Source of the DNA: Vezdaea acicularis
Lineage: Eukaryota
NCBI GenBank assembly: GCA_026025075.1
Contig: JAPEUI010000049.1
Coordinates: 1-64,000 of the forward strand
Direction: 5' to 3'
DNA length: 64,000 nt
Shown here: piece by piece, positions 1 to 11,221 of the stretch
How the letters are laid out: every line of letters starts with the position of its first letter
How positions within the stretch are numbered: the first letter of the stretch is position 1
Notes under the pieces: model-generated
Told to the model about the DNA's origin: nothing
The model's input: only the letters and a program-made list of their open reading frames with translations
Database searches by the model: none
Translations under genes and position numbers: made by a program

Positions 1-1140
1 GATAAAATCTAGTACTTTGTGTACCATCCCTCAGCATCTAATACTGCTTGACAGCGTTTATGCATTGATATTGATAGGTGATCCAAAATCTCCTCCCCAA
101 GCTCATCCCAAGCCTCAATAGCGGCCTTAATGAGTCTATCTATAGTCTGTTGCCCCTTCATTCCTAATAACTCTGGATGCTTGCGGTGAATAGCTGCTTT
201 TAAGAGAAACCACAGGTTCTCAATGGGGTTAAGATCCGGAGAATAGGGAGGCCATACCATGACTTGTATACTGTTCTCTTCAAGCCAAGTCCTCACAATT
301 CTTGCTGTATGTACACCTGTGTTGTCCTGCATGAAGATGGAATCATGTTCAAGCACTGTACCAAGATGTTCCCTATAACAATTAAGTATAGTCCTTGATG
401 AGACCTCCCCCTTGGGGGCTAAAGGATCACCATTAAGTACCACCAAATCTGACCTTATACCATGCCCAAAACATGCCCAGAACATCTTTGTATGCTTTGT
501 TAACGTTGCTCTTGGTTGTACTGCCCATTTTTTAAGGCTTTCCCCAGGTCTTCTAAACACCCATTCTTGCCGCTATCCTTGCCCTCTCTCTATACTGCAC
601 TCATCACTCCATCTAACCCTTTTTCAGTCTTCTTCAGTCCATGTGATGTGTTTTTGAGCCCATATTAATCGATTTGCAACATGTTCTGGCGTTAAGAGGG
701 ATCTTTTTCGTGCCTTCCACTTGGTTATATTGAGAGTTTTGAGGTATCTTTGGAGCGTTGATTTTGATATAGTGGGAGAGCATTCTTGGAGTGTAGCTTG
801 TAATGTTGACTTAGGATTATGCTGTACCCATCGTAATATCTTGCGTTGATCTCTTAGAGTGAGCTTCTTGGGTCTCCCTGAGCGTGGTTGGGTTTGACAA
901 GATACGCGTTTTGACTGGCGTCTAATAGTGGTCTTAACTGTTGCAATTTTCTCTTGATACAGTCTGGATATCTGCTCATAATTTAGTCCAGTGTCTTGGG
1001 CACCACATATACGAGCTCTCTTATGCGGCGAGAGCTCGCAATTGACTTGTCGGTGAGTTGATGGTGGTCGGAGCATCGGGGTAGGTTGACGCGTCTCGAA
1101 AATCTACGCGAGCGATTCAAACTTTTGACTCGGTACTGTA
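1..1140 (-). mobile_element. Tc1/mariner (impala-like, DD34E) DNA transposon; 5' end with putative TIR and TA target site present, 3' end beyond the window
   Basis: The minus strand begins TA|CAGTACCGAGTCAAAAGTTTGAATCGC (TA at 1139-1140, element end at 1138). A CAGT terminus with a TA target is typical of Tc1. The transposase ATG is only about 60 bp inside. The matching TIR is not visible. Confidence 0.88.
9..1076 (-). pseudogene. Tc1-family transposase, inactivated by two in-frame stops
   Basis: ORFs 624-1076 and 9-560 are in the same frame. The gap reads *KRVRWSDECSIERGQG*RQEW. Motifs: paired HTH region with RSGRPKKL, WSDE (D1), FMQDN (D2) and WPPYSPDLNPIENLW (E, 34 residues after D2). Stops are TGA at 624-626 and TAG at 573-575. 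Confidence 0.92.
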
Positions 1141-1782
1141 ATAATAAAGAGCTTCCACCCAGCCCCTCCCAAGCGAGCTCCTAATCCCTCGCGTCCGCCG
1201 CGGAGCATACATGACCGACGCTTAATTCGTAGCAGCGTCTTCATATATGGTGGTGACTATTACCTGACGATGGTGGTATGCTGGTGAGCAATAATTGTTC
1301 AAAGATACAAGTGGCAGAAGAGACGGTATTAATCATCACGTTTGCAGAGTTCTTGGGCAAGATGGACGTTTATCATTCCAGCCCAGTCCAGTCCCGATGA
1401 GGGGAAAGGAACTACCCAACCTCCTACATCGTGGCTGGTACTCAAACCATTCTCAAGGATGGTGGGGATAAAAGCCCACGCAAAAAATATGCCAAGAATA
1501 CCCCCCATTCCCCAAGCAAAAATATGAAAAATAGATGCAAAACCACCAATGAGGTTAGATATCTATACCAAGACTAAAAATCCGTAGCCTTGAAAGGTTC
1601 CCACTTATAGAACCCGTCAATGCAACCTTTGCTTAATGCTCCTATCCCCTTTCCCCCCAATACCTTGCGGCAAAGTTATCTAGAAATGTGTAATATCGCT
1701 AACAAAAAAATAGAGTCATCACAGTCATAACAAGTAAAAGAAGGCCCAAGGATGGATGAGAATCCTTATTCGACATCCTAGA

Positions 1783-3960
1783 TCAGTCGAAAGGACAATC
1801 AAAGAGCGTCTTGGTGCCGCTGATGCCGCCGTCCTTAGCGCCAGGAAGGACGTCATCGATGTCCTCGAGGTTGGAGACGATCGCCACACCGCCCGCCGCT
1901 GCGGCGGAGACGGCAGCTTCAAAAGCCGCAGGATCAAGCACGCTATGCTCGAGATCCAACTCGTCATCATCGACGATTCCCGGGGCAGCAACATCAGCGT
2001 CCAAGCGACCTTTGGTCTCAACCATCCAAAGAGTTTCGACCGCGCCCAGAACGCAGACAGCGGCGCCAGCCCACCAGGCGACACCGGAGTAGCCGAGTTT
2101 GAGGCCAGCGGATTGGACGAGACCGGAGATGGTGGGGCCAAAGGCGCGGGCGAGGGAGGCGGTGGATGCGGCGACGCCATTGATGGTGCCGAGGACGAGG
2201 GCGGAGGGGGCAGAGTTAGTGAGGAGAATAGCGTTGGAGGGGTAGGCGAGGACGGCGGCAATGACCTTGAGCATGAGGCAGAGGTAGATACCGAGGAGGC
2301 GGAGGTGCGGCGGGAGGAGGACGAGGTAGGGAACGATGAAGTAGAGGACCGGGTAGCAGACGACGGTCAGGCGGAAGGTGTTGAGGGTCCCGAATCGCTT
2401 GACGACAAAGGGGAAGAGAATGGGCTGCACGATCATAGAGAAGACGCCTTGGCAGGAGAGGATGAAGCCGATCGTCTTCGTCGGGAGCCCGAACCCGCCC
2501 ATGAATTTGAAAGGGAGGGAGGGCGGTTCGTCGGACTCGGGCATGCTCAGCAAGACGGGCATGAGCTGCTCGAAAGACATCGTGTGACTGCGTCCAATCA
2601 GCTGCGTGCTCAAGTTGAGTAATCGGATGCATCGAGATGCTTACTAAGCTAGAATGCCGTATCCAATGATGGTCAGGATCACTTGTCTATTGAAGGCTTT
2701 AGCCACACCCAAACCATGTCTAGCAGCACCCGTGCAAAGATCATCGCGGGACGGAGACCGCGCTCTCGAAGACGGAAGCCTCGGAGAGCCTTCAGTCGTC
2801 CTGTAGCCAGGAGGCGCGTCATCCTCGTCCAACAAGGCCTGAGTCTCCTCCATATTTGCGTCAAAGAGCTTAGGGAGCTCGCTTGACGGCGATTTGTCAT
2901 GCCACACTTTGGCCAGCAACCAGCGTCCCGTCTCCAAGCCAACATCTCGTCGGCCCTTCTTGTCTTCGTGCGTCTCTTCCAAGAAAAGGATACCTATGAG
3001 GACGCCACATGCCAAGATGACCGCACAGACGAGGTTCGGGAGTAGAAATGGAAAAGTGTCGAATATTGTGCCGCGGTGGAATACACTAGGATAACTAATG
3101 CAGGGCTGTGCAAGGGCGCCACCAAGTGCTGGACCGAGAATCGAGCTGTAAGAGCTGCTTAGCAGATTCGACGCTTCATGTGTAGATTTGAGAATACCTA
3201 CCCAAGACACCATACAGAAGGCATAATCGTATACGCTCTCGCTACATGTTTCAATGAGCCCTCAAGTTCTCTCTTCTTCTCCCTTTATTCAGTAGCTGCG
3301 AGACTCACGCTGGTGCTTTTTCTCAGTGACCATTTCGGCCACTGTTGTTTGGAGGACGCCAATGTTTCTAAACGTAAGACTAGTCAGCCTCTTATGCTCA
3401 AGAGGTGAAAAAGATTGTCTGGGTTGATTTTTGGGGGCCCCGACTTACCCATTGAGGAATCCGCCAAGAGCTCGACCGAGTAGAGCCACTGGAAGGTTCG
3501 GGGCAAACCCGAAGACGAGCATACTGAGTCCTGTCCCAGCCAGGCCAGTCAGCAGCACGGGCTTGCGTCCCACTCGGTCGCTCAGTCTGCCCCAGACCAC
3601 CCCCGTCGAGAATTCCGCAAAGGCAAAGGCTGAGGTGACCATGCCGGCGTATATGGCTATCTGACGGTCGTCCGTAGTGATCCGGAAGGATGAGATCATG
3701 TAGTAGACATAGGGAAAGATGGACATGAACGCAATCGGTTCACATATTCGGCACAGTGCTGTAGAGAAAAAAGATTAGCCAACGTCAGCGGAGAAATGAC
3801 AGCATCAGAGCACTCGTCCGTGCTCGCGATGCCTTTCTGTCTTGGAATTTAGAGGGGACGTACCAAGGATGAATAGCTGCTGGGTCGGGAAAGGTGTCTC
3901 TCTTCTCGGGCCTGCTCGACGGGAGCAAGCTGAAGGGGGCGGAAGGCCCATCCTCTCCAT
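1783..3960 (-). CDS. Major facilitator superfamily transporter (ZIFL/YCR023C-like, tetracycline-exporter-related); 6 exons
   Basis: The spliced reading gives FPTQQLFIL|ALCRICEPIAFMSIFPY, MFS motif A WGRLSDRVGRKPVLL, GNIGVLQTTVAEMV, PRAYTIMPSVWCLGSILGPALGG and LLTNSAPSALVLGTINGVAAS. Five GT-AG introns with branch sites keep the frame (first intron about 3760-3863). Confidence 0.93.
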
Positions 3961-6844
3961 CGAGTTGGGTCTTCAGCGTGATGCGAGACCGTGCCCAGGA
4001 AAAGGTTCACGAACTATGTTTCTATGAAGGGTCTGAGTCCAAGAATAGAGCAATTAGGGCGGTGAGATGTCGTCCTTTTGCCGGCAAGCGCCCTTAGCGT
4101 TCACTCTCTCTGTGGACGCATGGTGAATGATCTTCTACACCGGAGGCAGCAGGTCCGTGCAGATATATCAGCGGGACCACGGGCAAACAAGCCAGCCTCA
4201 GAAGACCACAGGCTGGTTGGCGGTGGGCCCCGTAAATAGGACCCAGGATGAGATCGCACCGGCCATTGGGGGATGGATTTCTCTTTTTCGAAATTTCAGC
4301 GGTCGTCTCCATCGTCTCCTTTCCACAATTGGACCGCTCGTTCCCCCCCGGCCGCCACGTTCCGCTCGCCGTCCCACGGTAGGACAAAGAGCCGTCTAGT
4401 CAGTCGTTCGTCGGGCGGACGAAGGAGGTCGATGGTCTTGCGCCCTGGCCTCCCCCGGTCGTCGCCATGCCATGTCGCATCCGCACGCCCGCACGCCCGC
4501 ACGCCTGCACACGCCTTCACCGTGTCAGAAGCGAAAAAAACACGATGGTCCCGAGAGAGCGGGTCTAAGCTAAGAGGGCGTCCTTGGCCATGACCTAGGC
4601 CAACAATCCTCGCCCAGTGGCACGGTGCGCTGCTTCGCAAAGCCGCCATGCAGGATCTAGCGTGGCGATCCGGACAGGTCGGAGTGCAGCGCTGGAAGAG
4701 TGCGTGGCAGGGGGGAGGGGGGGGAGGGGGTGTGATAAGCGAGTCAAACCCTTAGGGTCCGTCGTCCATGGACGGCATATCCAATGAGGCCGACGAGGGG
4801 CAGCATCGATGAGGAGAGACGTGCGATGAACGAATGCGCGTCTGTTGGACCCGTTGGACCCGTCTTGCGTGCGCATCTGATCTGTGATCTGCCTGCTGGG
4901 CCGAGAGACGGACGGTGAAGAGAAAAGGAGGGGCCCATCCAAACATGCCGCACGCAACAAGGGACGAGCGACGAGGGACGAAGGACAAATATTTGAGCCT
5001 GCCGGACATGCTTTCTCCCTGCCAGCTCAAATTTGATTTCATCTTCGTCTTCGACCGCCGTTTCCTTCCCGTGCGTCGCTCTGCATGCCGTGGCCTGGAG
5101 ATGAGATCACCACGCGATTCCGAGGCGAGAGGATGGGGTCGGGCACGCTGGGTGGCTGCGTGTAGTGTCGTCGTAGTCCGATGCCGTATTACGGAGCAGT
5201 TAAGATTGTCGTCGAAAGCGTCTGTCTTTTTTTCTTTCTCTCCCATCCACGCGTTATGGCCTGGCGGCAGGGCGATCCGATCTGCTAGAAAGAGCACTAT
5301 TTGAGCCCCGTCGTCACAGCTGCCGGTGAAACATTCCGCATTGGCGGGCCAGCACAATTCCCACCGGAGCGGCTCAGGAGCTGCTCGTCCCGGGTTACGG
5401 TCGGGCTCTGTGCCAAGACCGCAACGACCGTCGTCATTGGCCATGCCATGCGCGATGCGACGACGTTCAGCCCCTCAGCCTTCTGCGACGTTAACTTCAC
5501 TCGATTTTGAGCGATGGCCGCGTTCAGCGCTGGACGCAACACCAACAGTCCCCCCTCCCCTTATCCCTCCCCATTCCCATCTGAGGTCAGGGAATGACAC
5601 GAGACCAGATCCGATCATGTGCGGAACCGGTCCACGGCCCGGATCGTGTGAGGACCGGACCGATTCTGTCAATGGACAGCTTTCGCTTCGGCGTCTACGC
5701 GGTCTCAGGCTAGAAACGCAAGGATCATTGGTCGAGCGGCGGAGAGAGACACGAAAGGGGGAGAGGAGGAAAGTGGGGGAAGGGAGAAGGGGAAAGAGGC
5801 GAAGGGGGGAAGGAGGGAAGTGGGTTATGGAGACAGCCCGGGGCGGTTGCGGGTTCACGTCCGCAACCCCGAATGAGACCGCCGCGGAGGCAAGCTCTGT
5901 TTGTGCGTGTTTGACCGTCGACCGCGGAACTGTGGCGGTAGAGGTGGAGGCGAAGGCGGCGGAGGTGGAGGGGACGTTGTCTGAGAAAGATGGATCGCCG
6001 GTGGAGAAACAGATGGTCGGAAAATCTTGCCAGGGCCCATCGGCAAGGGCGCGTCGGCTTCTGCTTCCTCGTGAAGATCCCATCTGAATCATCTGGAAAG
6101 GACACACCAGACCCATTAGACCCTTCTTGTTACTAACTCGAAGGCATCCCCATTCCGCAATCGCATGTACCGGCATTTCTCATTTTGCATTTTCCCATCT
6201 GCTTTTTCTTTTTCCCAGCGCGCCGAGTTTCCGCCGCACATGCAATGCATGACGCCTCCGCCTCCACCCAAACATCTGGTAGGTCCAGTCGAGGACGACG
6301 GTCGATGTTGATCGTCCATGTTTTAGGCACGGTAGGGAGCAGCGCGCGGCCAATCACGAGGAGCATCCGTCGTTGTCCCTCGTATCCGGCGATGCTGTAG
6401 CATTGCGCTTGTCTGCGCGTTGTGATGAGGAGATTAACAGCAGATTTTTCGGCCTTTCGGCCTTCTGAGGCGGCGAGCGAATGTTCCACCACAACATTCT
6501 GGCTGGCTGGCCGGCCGTCAGTCGTCATCTCTCGTGGTGGCATCTGTGGCAATTCGTGGCATCCGCATCCCCGTCAGGGCCAATCTCAGTCGATTAGAGT
6601 TTCGATGGCGGCCTCCAATGGCAGCGCGCACATGGACGTGGAAAAACCGTTTGGAGAGCGAGCGAGCCCGCGCGCGCTCCCTCTCGATGCCCGATCCAGT
6701 GCAGTCCGGCCACTCGGGTCTCTGTCCAGAACCCTCCCACGCTAGCGGGGCGCGATTACTGCGACTACGGCAGAAGTGCCGATGCACCCACTCTCCGGCG
6801 CTGCTTCCCCATGTGTTGAGCAGAAGAAAGCCTGTCAAGACAAG

Positions 6845-6900
6845 CGCTGGTCGCTGGTCGCTGGTCGCTGGCCGCTGGCCGCTGGCCGCTGGTCGCTGGC
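6845..6900. repeat. 7-bp tandem repeat (CGCTGGY)x8
   Basis: cgctggt x3, cgctggc x3, cgctggt, cgctggc read directly. Confidence 0.95.
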
Positions 6901-9371
6901 CTCTGCCCCCCGTCGCTTGTGGGGCTTCGTGGAACAGTCTGCCGGGACCGCGACAGGTCAGGTGGTCGCGCGACCCGTCGCGAGCATCGCTCACCGCCAT
7001 CTTCCCACTTGCTGATGATGGAGTGACGCACAAAAGATCGTGGCGCCGATTTGACGTCGATGAGCTTGGGATGTGGCTCGCATGGGAAGACGCCGAGCGG
7101 CGACTCTGTTACTTTGGATTCTCTTCTGCTCTTCTGATCTTCTGAGGGGCCGAATCCCTCTAGTCCAACCCAGCCGCGCAAGCCCCTCCATAGACTCCAA
7201 CCGTCCCGAGGCCCGCGCGATCACGAGGGCAAAAACCCCCCGTGCATCGTCCCATCAGCGCATCAATATAAGATGTGAACAGAGTGGATCTGAGGCGCGA
7301 TGCTGGACGATTGAATGGTGATCCGATACTCCGGCGCGACACGGACCAATCATGGATGCCACTTGCCCTCGAATAAGTGCCATACGCACGGTGCATCACA
7401 CCGCATGCGAGAACCGAGAACCCTTTTCTGTTCGGCGTAGGATCATTAGCCTCGCCATGCAGTTGCACCATCGTGGCCCATGCACCAAGATTTCGTGCTT
7501 GATTCCAGACCCATGCCGCAGCACTGCTGCTGCCGAAAGCGTGTGCGTGTGCACTATGCTGCTTTGCGCTTAGCCCACCGCTTTGTCCTCGAAACAGAAT
7601 CGAGGCTTTTCCCTCAAGAGAGCCGCCCAGAAGAACCATGCGCCCAGGCTTTGGAAATGGAAGGACGAGAGAGCTGCTGACTGGCTCGAGCAGGAGCAGG
7701 AGGTGGGATATCTCTCGGGGAGACGGCCAGGATCGGCTGGGGGCTTACGTATGACACGCCAGCCACATGATTGAAAGTGCACGTCGGATATTCGTCGTGG
7801 ATATTTTGATATTGAGCGCGGTAAATCCGTACAGCATGGCCCAACATATGACGAGTGCTCTCTTAACCTCACGGACCGAAGGTCGACCCTTACATTGAAT
7901 AAATGTCCTCCTGACGGGAATATGCAGTTTCCCGACCCGTACCGGCTTCTTGGTTCCGACGGCGGTGAGAACTTTGTTGGCCCGACCTTGACCACGCCAT
8001 CGACGAACAGCATCGTTTCTGATGCTGTTAGTCTTCACGCTCGGTCCGGTTGGGACACAGTTCGCCGTGAAACGGGCGTATCTTATGCGGATAATGGTTG
8101 ATCGTCTACTGGCTCTCTGACCGTCGTTATGCAAGCAAATCCCTTCCAGTCAATTTGAAATCTTCAGGCAGGGACGAGTTGCCTTTCACGATCACGCCGC
8201 GCCGCACGGTCCTCTTGGCGGCCGCATTGACGGCAAAGAAAACATGCCCAGCCTGGATAAAAATGGCATTGTGCAGCCTCATGAGCTCAATGATAACCAT
8301 ACGATGGTCGAGTCCGGCATGGGAAAGAAGATAATGCTGTTTGTGCGCGTGCTCGGACCCTTCCAGATCTCGATCCGCGCGGAAGGGATGACACGAAGTT
8401 GAAATGCTGAAAAATGGCCGACGATGTGAAGGGCGTCACCGAGCCATAACTATCTCCTCGGCATCATCAGTTTCGAGCGGTGACATGTCCATTGTTCAGT
8501 ATCCAGTAACCTGAGTCAGAGACCTAGTTCATAGCTAGCTGCACATCATGATTAGGCCATGCCACTGACGATCATAAGGCTGGGCCGCAACCGACCGAGC
8601 CGGAAGATGTCTCACCTGCATAATGAGCCAACGCCCGGAGAAGGTCTTATGACTACGGCGTGGGCCGCCGTATGACGGAGAGATGCAGGACGACATGTTC
8701 GATAGAGACCCTCACGGAAGAGTTACCGCCTTCCGCGAACTCGTGAACTCCCGAGCTGCGCACCGCCGGGATACATCCAAGGTTGAATAGAAAATCGATC
8801 GAAATCTGGCATCATTCTATGTACGCGGCCGAGCAATGGATACCCGTTGCTCAGCCATTGGCCATCAAGTCTGCTGAACAAGTAGGCATTGCACTCAGGA
8901 CGAGGTGACGCGGAACGCACGCTGCGAAGAGCTCGAACGAAAATCAGAAGAAATCATAGCTGTTCTATAGCATAGCACTAGCTTGACATGATTACGAGGC
9001 ATCGCAAAACTCCAATCAAACGCTTGAAGACACATGTAAAGGCAATGGCTCTACGGACCGGGGACCGCTTGACTTGAGTGAATAAAGATAGAGCTCACAT
9101 CATCAGTAAGAGAAGACTTCTCAACGCTCCCAAAATCGCAACAAGACGGGTGAATGCTGCAGTGATCATATCTTGTGGCAGATATGAGCAAAGGCCAGTG
9201 GGGTTTTTTCACAAAATTGGGTTGGTCCCAAACGCTTGAAAGAATGAAGCCGGGTAATTTTCAGAGTGGGGAAGCTTTAGTGGGAGTTCACGATGTCGCT
9301 TAATACATCCGCCTAGTTGTCCACCTTGTGAAGAGATGTCAGGTCTCGCGCTTCACCCTCACGAATATTGA

Positions 9372-10550
9372 ATGCCTTCTTCAGGATTCCAAAACCTCGC
9401 AGCTGTGCGGGCACAGCACCTACTTGTAGAATTGTACGTGAGTGCTTCGAAACCTCTTTCAGCTAGTTAGACATTAATATAGTTTCCTATGAAAGTGCCA
9501 GTCTCAAGTACGCGTCTCCGCGAGGGGTGTACATGAGCTTGACGCCAAATGATCCAAGTCTATGGTCAGGCGTGATCTTTATTCACAAGGGTTCGTATGG
9601 AAATGGTTCCTGCAACTCTATAAACCGCAACCAATATAACGTCTACCTGTAGGACCCTACGCGTCTGCCATCCTCCGTTTCCACATCTCCTTTCCGACCG
9701 AGTATCCAACGCTACCACCACTAGTCACCTTCAATAATGACATCTTTCATCCACTCGTAACTCCGTTGACAACTTACACATACACAACCTCATTGAACAA
9801 CGGTGACACGGTGAGTGCTACAGATGACGAGCGTCTCCCTCCCGGCGGTTTCAGTCTGCGCCATGGATTTCCCCATTGGTTTGGGAGATCAAGGACAACC
9901 CGAGGCAACTCAATGACCCCTGTTCGTGTCATCCAACCCTCCGATCTTCTAGCGGAAACCCATTCTCCCTCGTCAGTATCGCCTGCCAGTCATGTATCCG
10001 AAAGTCCAGGCTCAAGCTCGCAAGCTCCCTCTACCCAACAAGTTTCGGTGGTGGAGGTCTTGACATATATCCGCTCCTCATTCGATGATGAGACAGTCCT
10101 TGACTCTATACCTCTCGAGGCTGCTGGTAACCCCAATGCCTGGCATGCGCGGCAGACTAACCTACTCAGATCCCAATCAAAAGCTGCGGCAAAAACTCCG
10201 GATGTAGCTAAAGATGAAAAGCCCTTGAAGAACGGAAAACCATTAGTCTCTGCTTCTCCTTCTAAGAGCATGTCTGTTAGTGTATCAAAACAGCCTGGTG
10301 AATGGAATTGGGAAGGTGTTTGGGAAGAAAGAGTGAAACGCGGTGTTGAAGGGAGCCTGGCTGAGCCAGTCCTCTATGGTCATGTCGGAGGTGGGGATGA
10401 TCTGGTAAGCGCCCCAGAGCACCTTCTAATCTTACGTTTCACGTTCTGATAATAGTCCATAAGATACGCTTTCTCAACATGGATCTCGACATGATTGAGA
10501 CAATAAAGGAAAACCTTAAGCGCAGCATAGAGATGACTGTTGTGAGGTGA
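9372..10550 (+). CDS. Ubiquitin-conjugating-enzyme-like (UEV) protein of the FTS/AKTIP/crossbronx type; 4 exons
   Basis: Spliced MPSSGFQNLAAVRAQHLLVEF|ASLKYASPRGVYMSLTPNDPSLWSGVIFIHKG|PYASAILRFHISFPTEYPTLPPLVTFNNDIFHPL gives an E2 fold with no catalytic Cys after HP. The last exon is IRFLNMD...VVR*. Intron 1 is 9434-9495. Confidence 0.85.
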
Positions 10551-11221
10551 GAAAATGGAGGGTTTGGGATTTGTCGCGGCGAGTGGCTCATTAAGCATGG
10601 TAGCACCTGCCGTGCGCAGCAGTCCCATCTAGACGCTAAGCCCTCACCACGTTCTTTCCTAAATACCCCTGCATCTTTAGCTATACCCAGCATGACTTAT
10701 CGTCATGACAATGGAAGATTTGCAGTCAACGCTTCCATTCTTAATTCCTTTACTATTTGGCCGTGCTTTTATTCTTCCATGCTATCTTCTCCAGCCTCCC
10801 ACCAAACGCGTGTATGAAATGGACCAGTCAGCAATTATGGCCTCTTAGCAGTTCCAATCTTTATTGGTAGTTGCGATCCTATTCTTGCTGGTATACTTGC
10901 CCCGGGAAGTGGGCAGAATGCTCGCAGTGAAAGGCGACCCACTTTGAGGCCCCACGTCGATTACACCAGTGAAGAGTATCGGATAATGAGGGTGTATCGC
11001 GAACTGAGACAACGCATACCCAAGTGCACGGTCTTGAAGTTCGACGTCGAGGTTTGGGCACGGACTAGAACTTGTCGCCAAAACAAGTGTGAGGGCACGA
11101 TTGTGGCCCCAACTGACTTATACGCTCCAGTAAAAGTCACGCTCATCGGACGTTCGAATCCTTAGACCTTGGATTCGCAGCAATACCCCACCTCAGGCCA
11201 GCGTGGCTCGGTGGGGATAAG

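Noticed and set aside
1756..2622. 288-aa plus-strand ORF and other ORFs overlapping the MFS last exon
   Set aside because: These are antisense or alternative-frame shadows of a high-GC3 exon, with low-complexity translations.
6322..6342. SRP RNA helix-8-like string TTAGGCACGGTAGGGAGCAG
   Set aside because: The loop is not GNRA, the stem has a mismatch, and no Alu-domain 5' motif was found.
4094..8334. Dozens of overlapping 60-250 aa ORFs
   Set aside because: Arg/Ser/Pro-rich and motif-free, many with non-ATG starts. This is expected in GC-rich non-coding DNA.
7833..8395. U6 snRNA-like words AGCATGGCCC (7833) and GGATGACACG (8386)
   Set aside because: They lie about 550 nt apart, with no ACAGAGA box and no intron structure joining them. 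Likely chance.
11147..11165. tRNA T-loop-like GTTCGAATCC
   Set aside because: The flanks do not form a T-stem, and there is no D-arm or acceptor stem.
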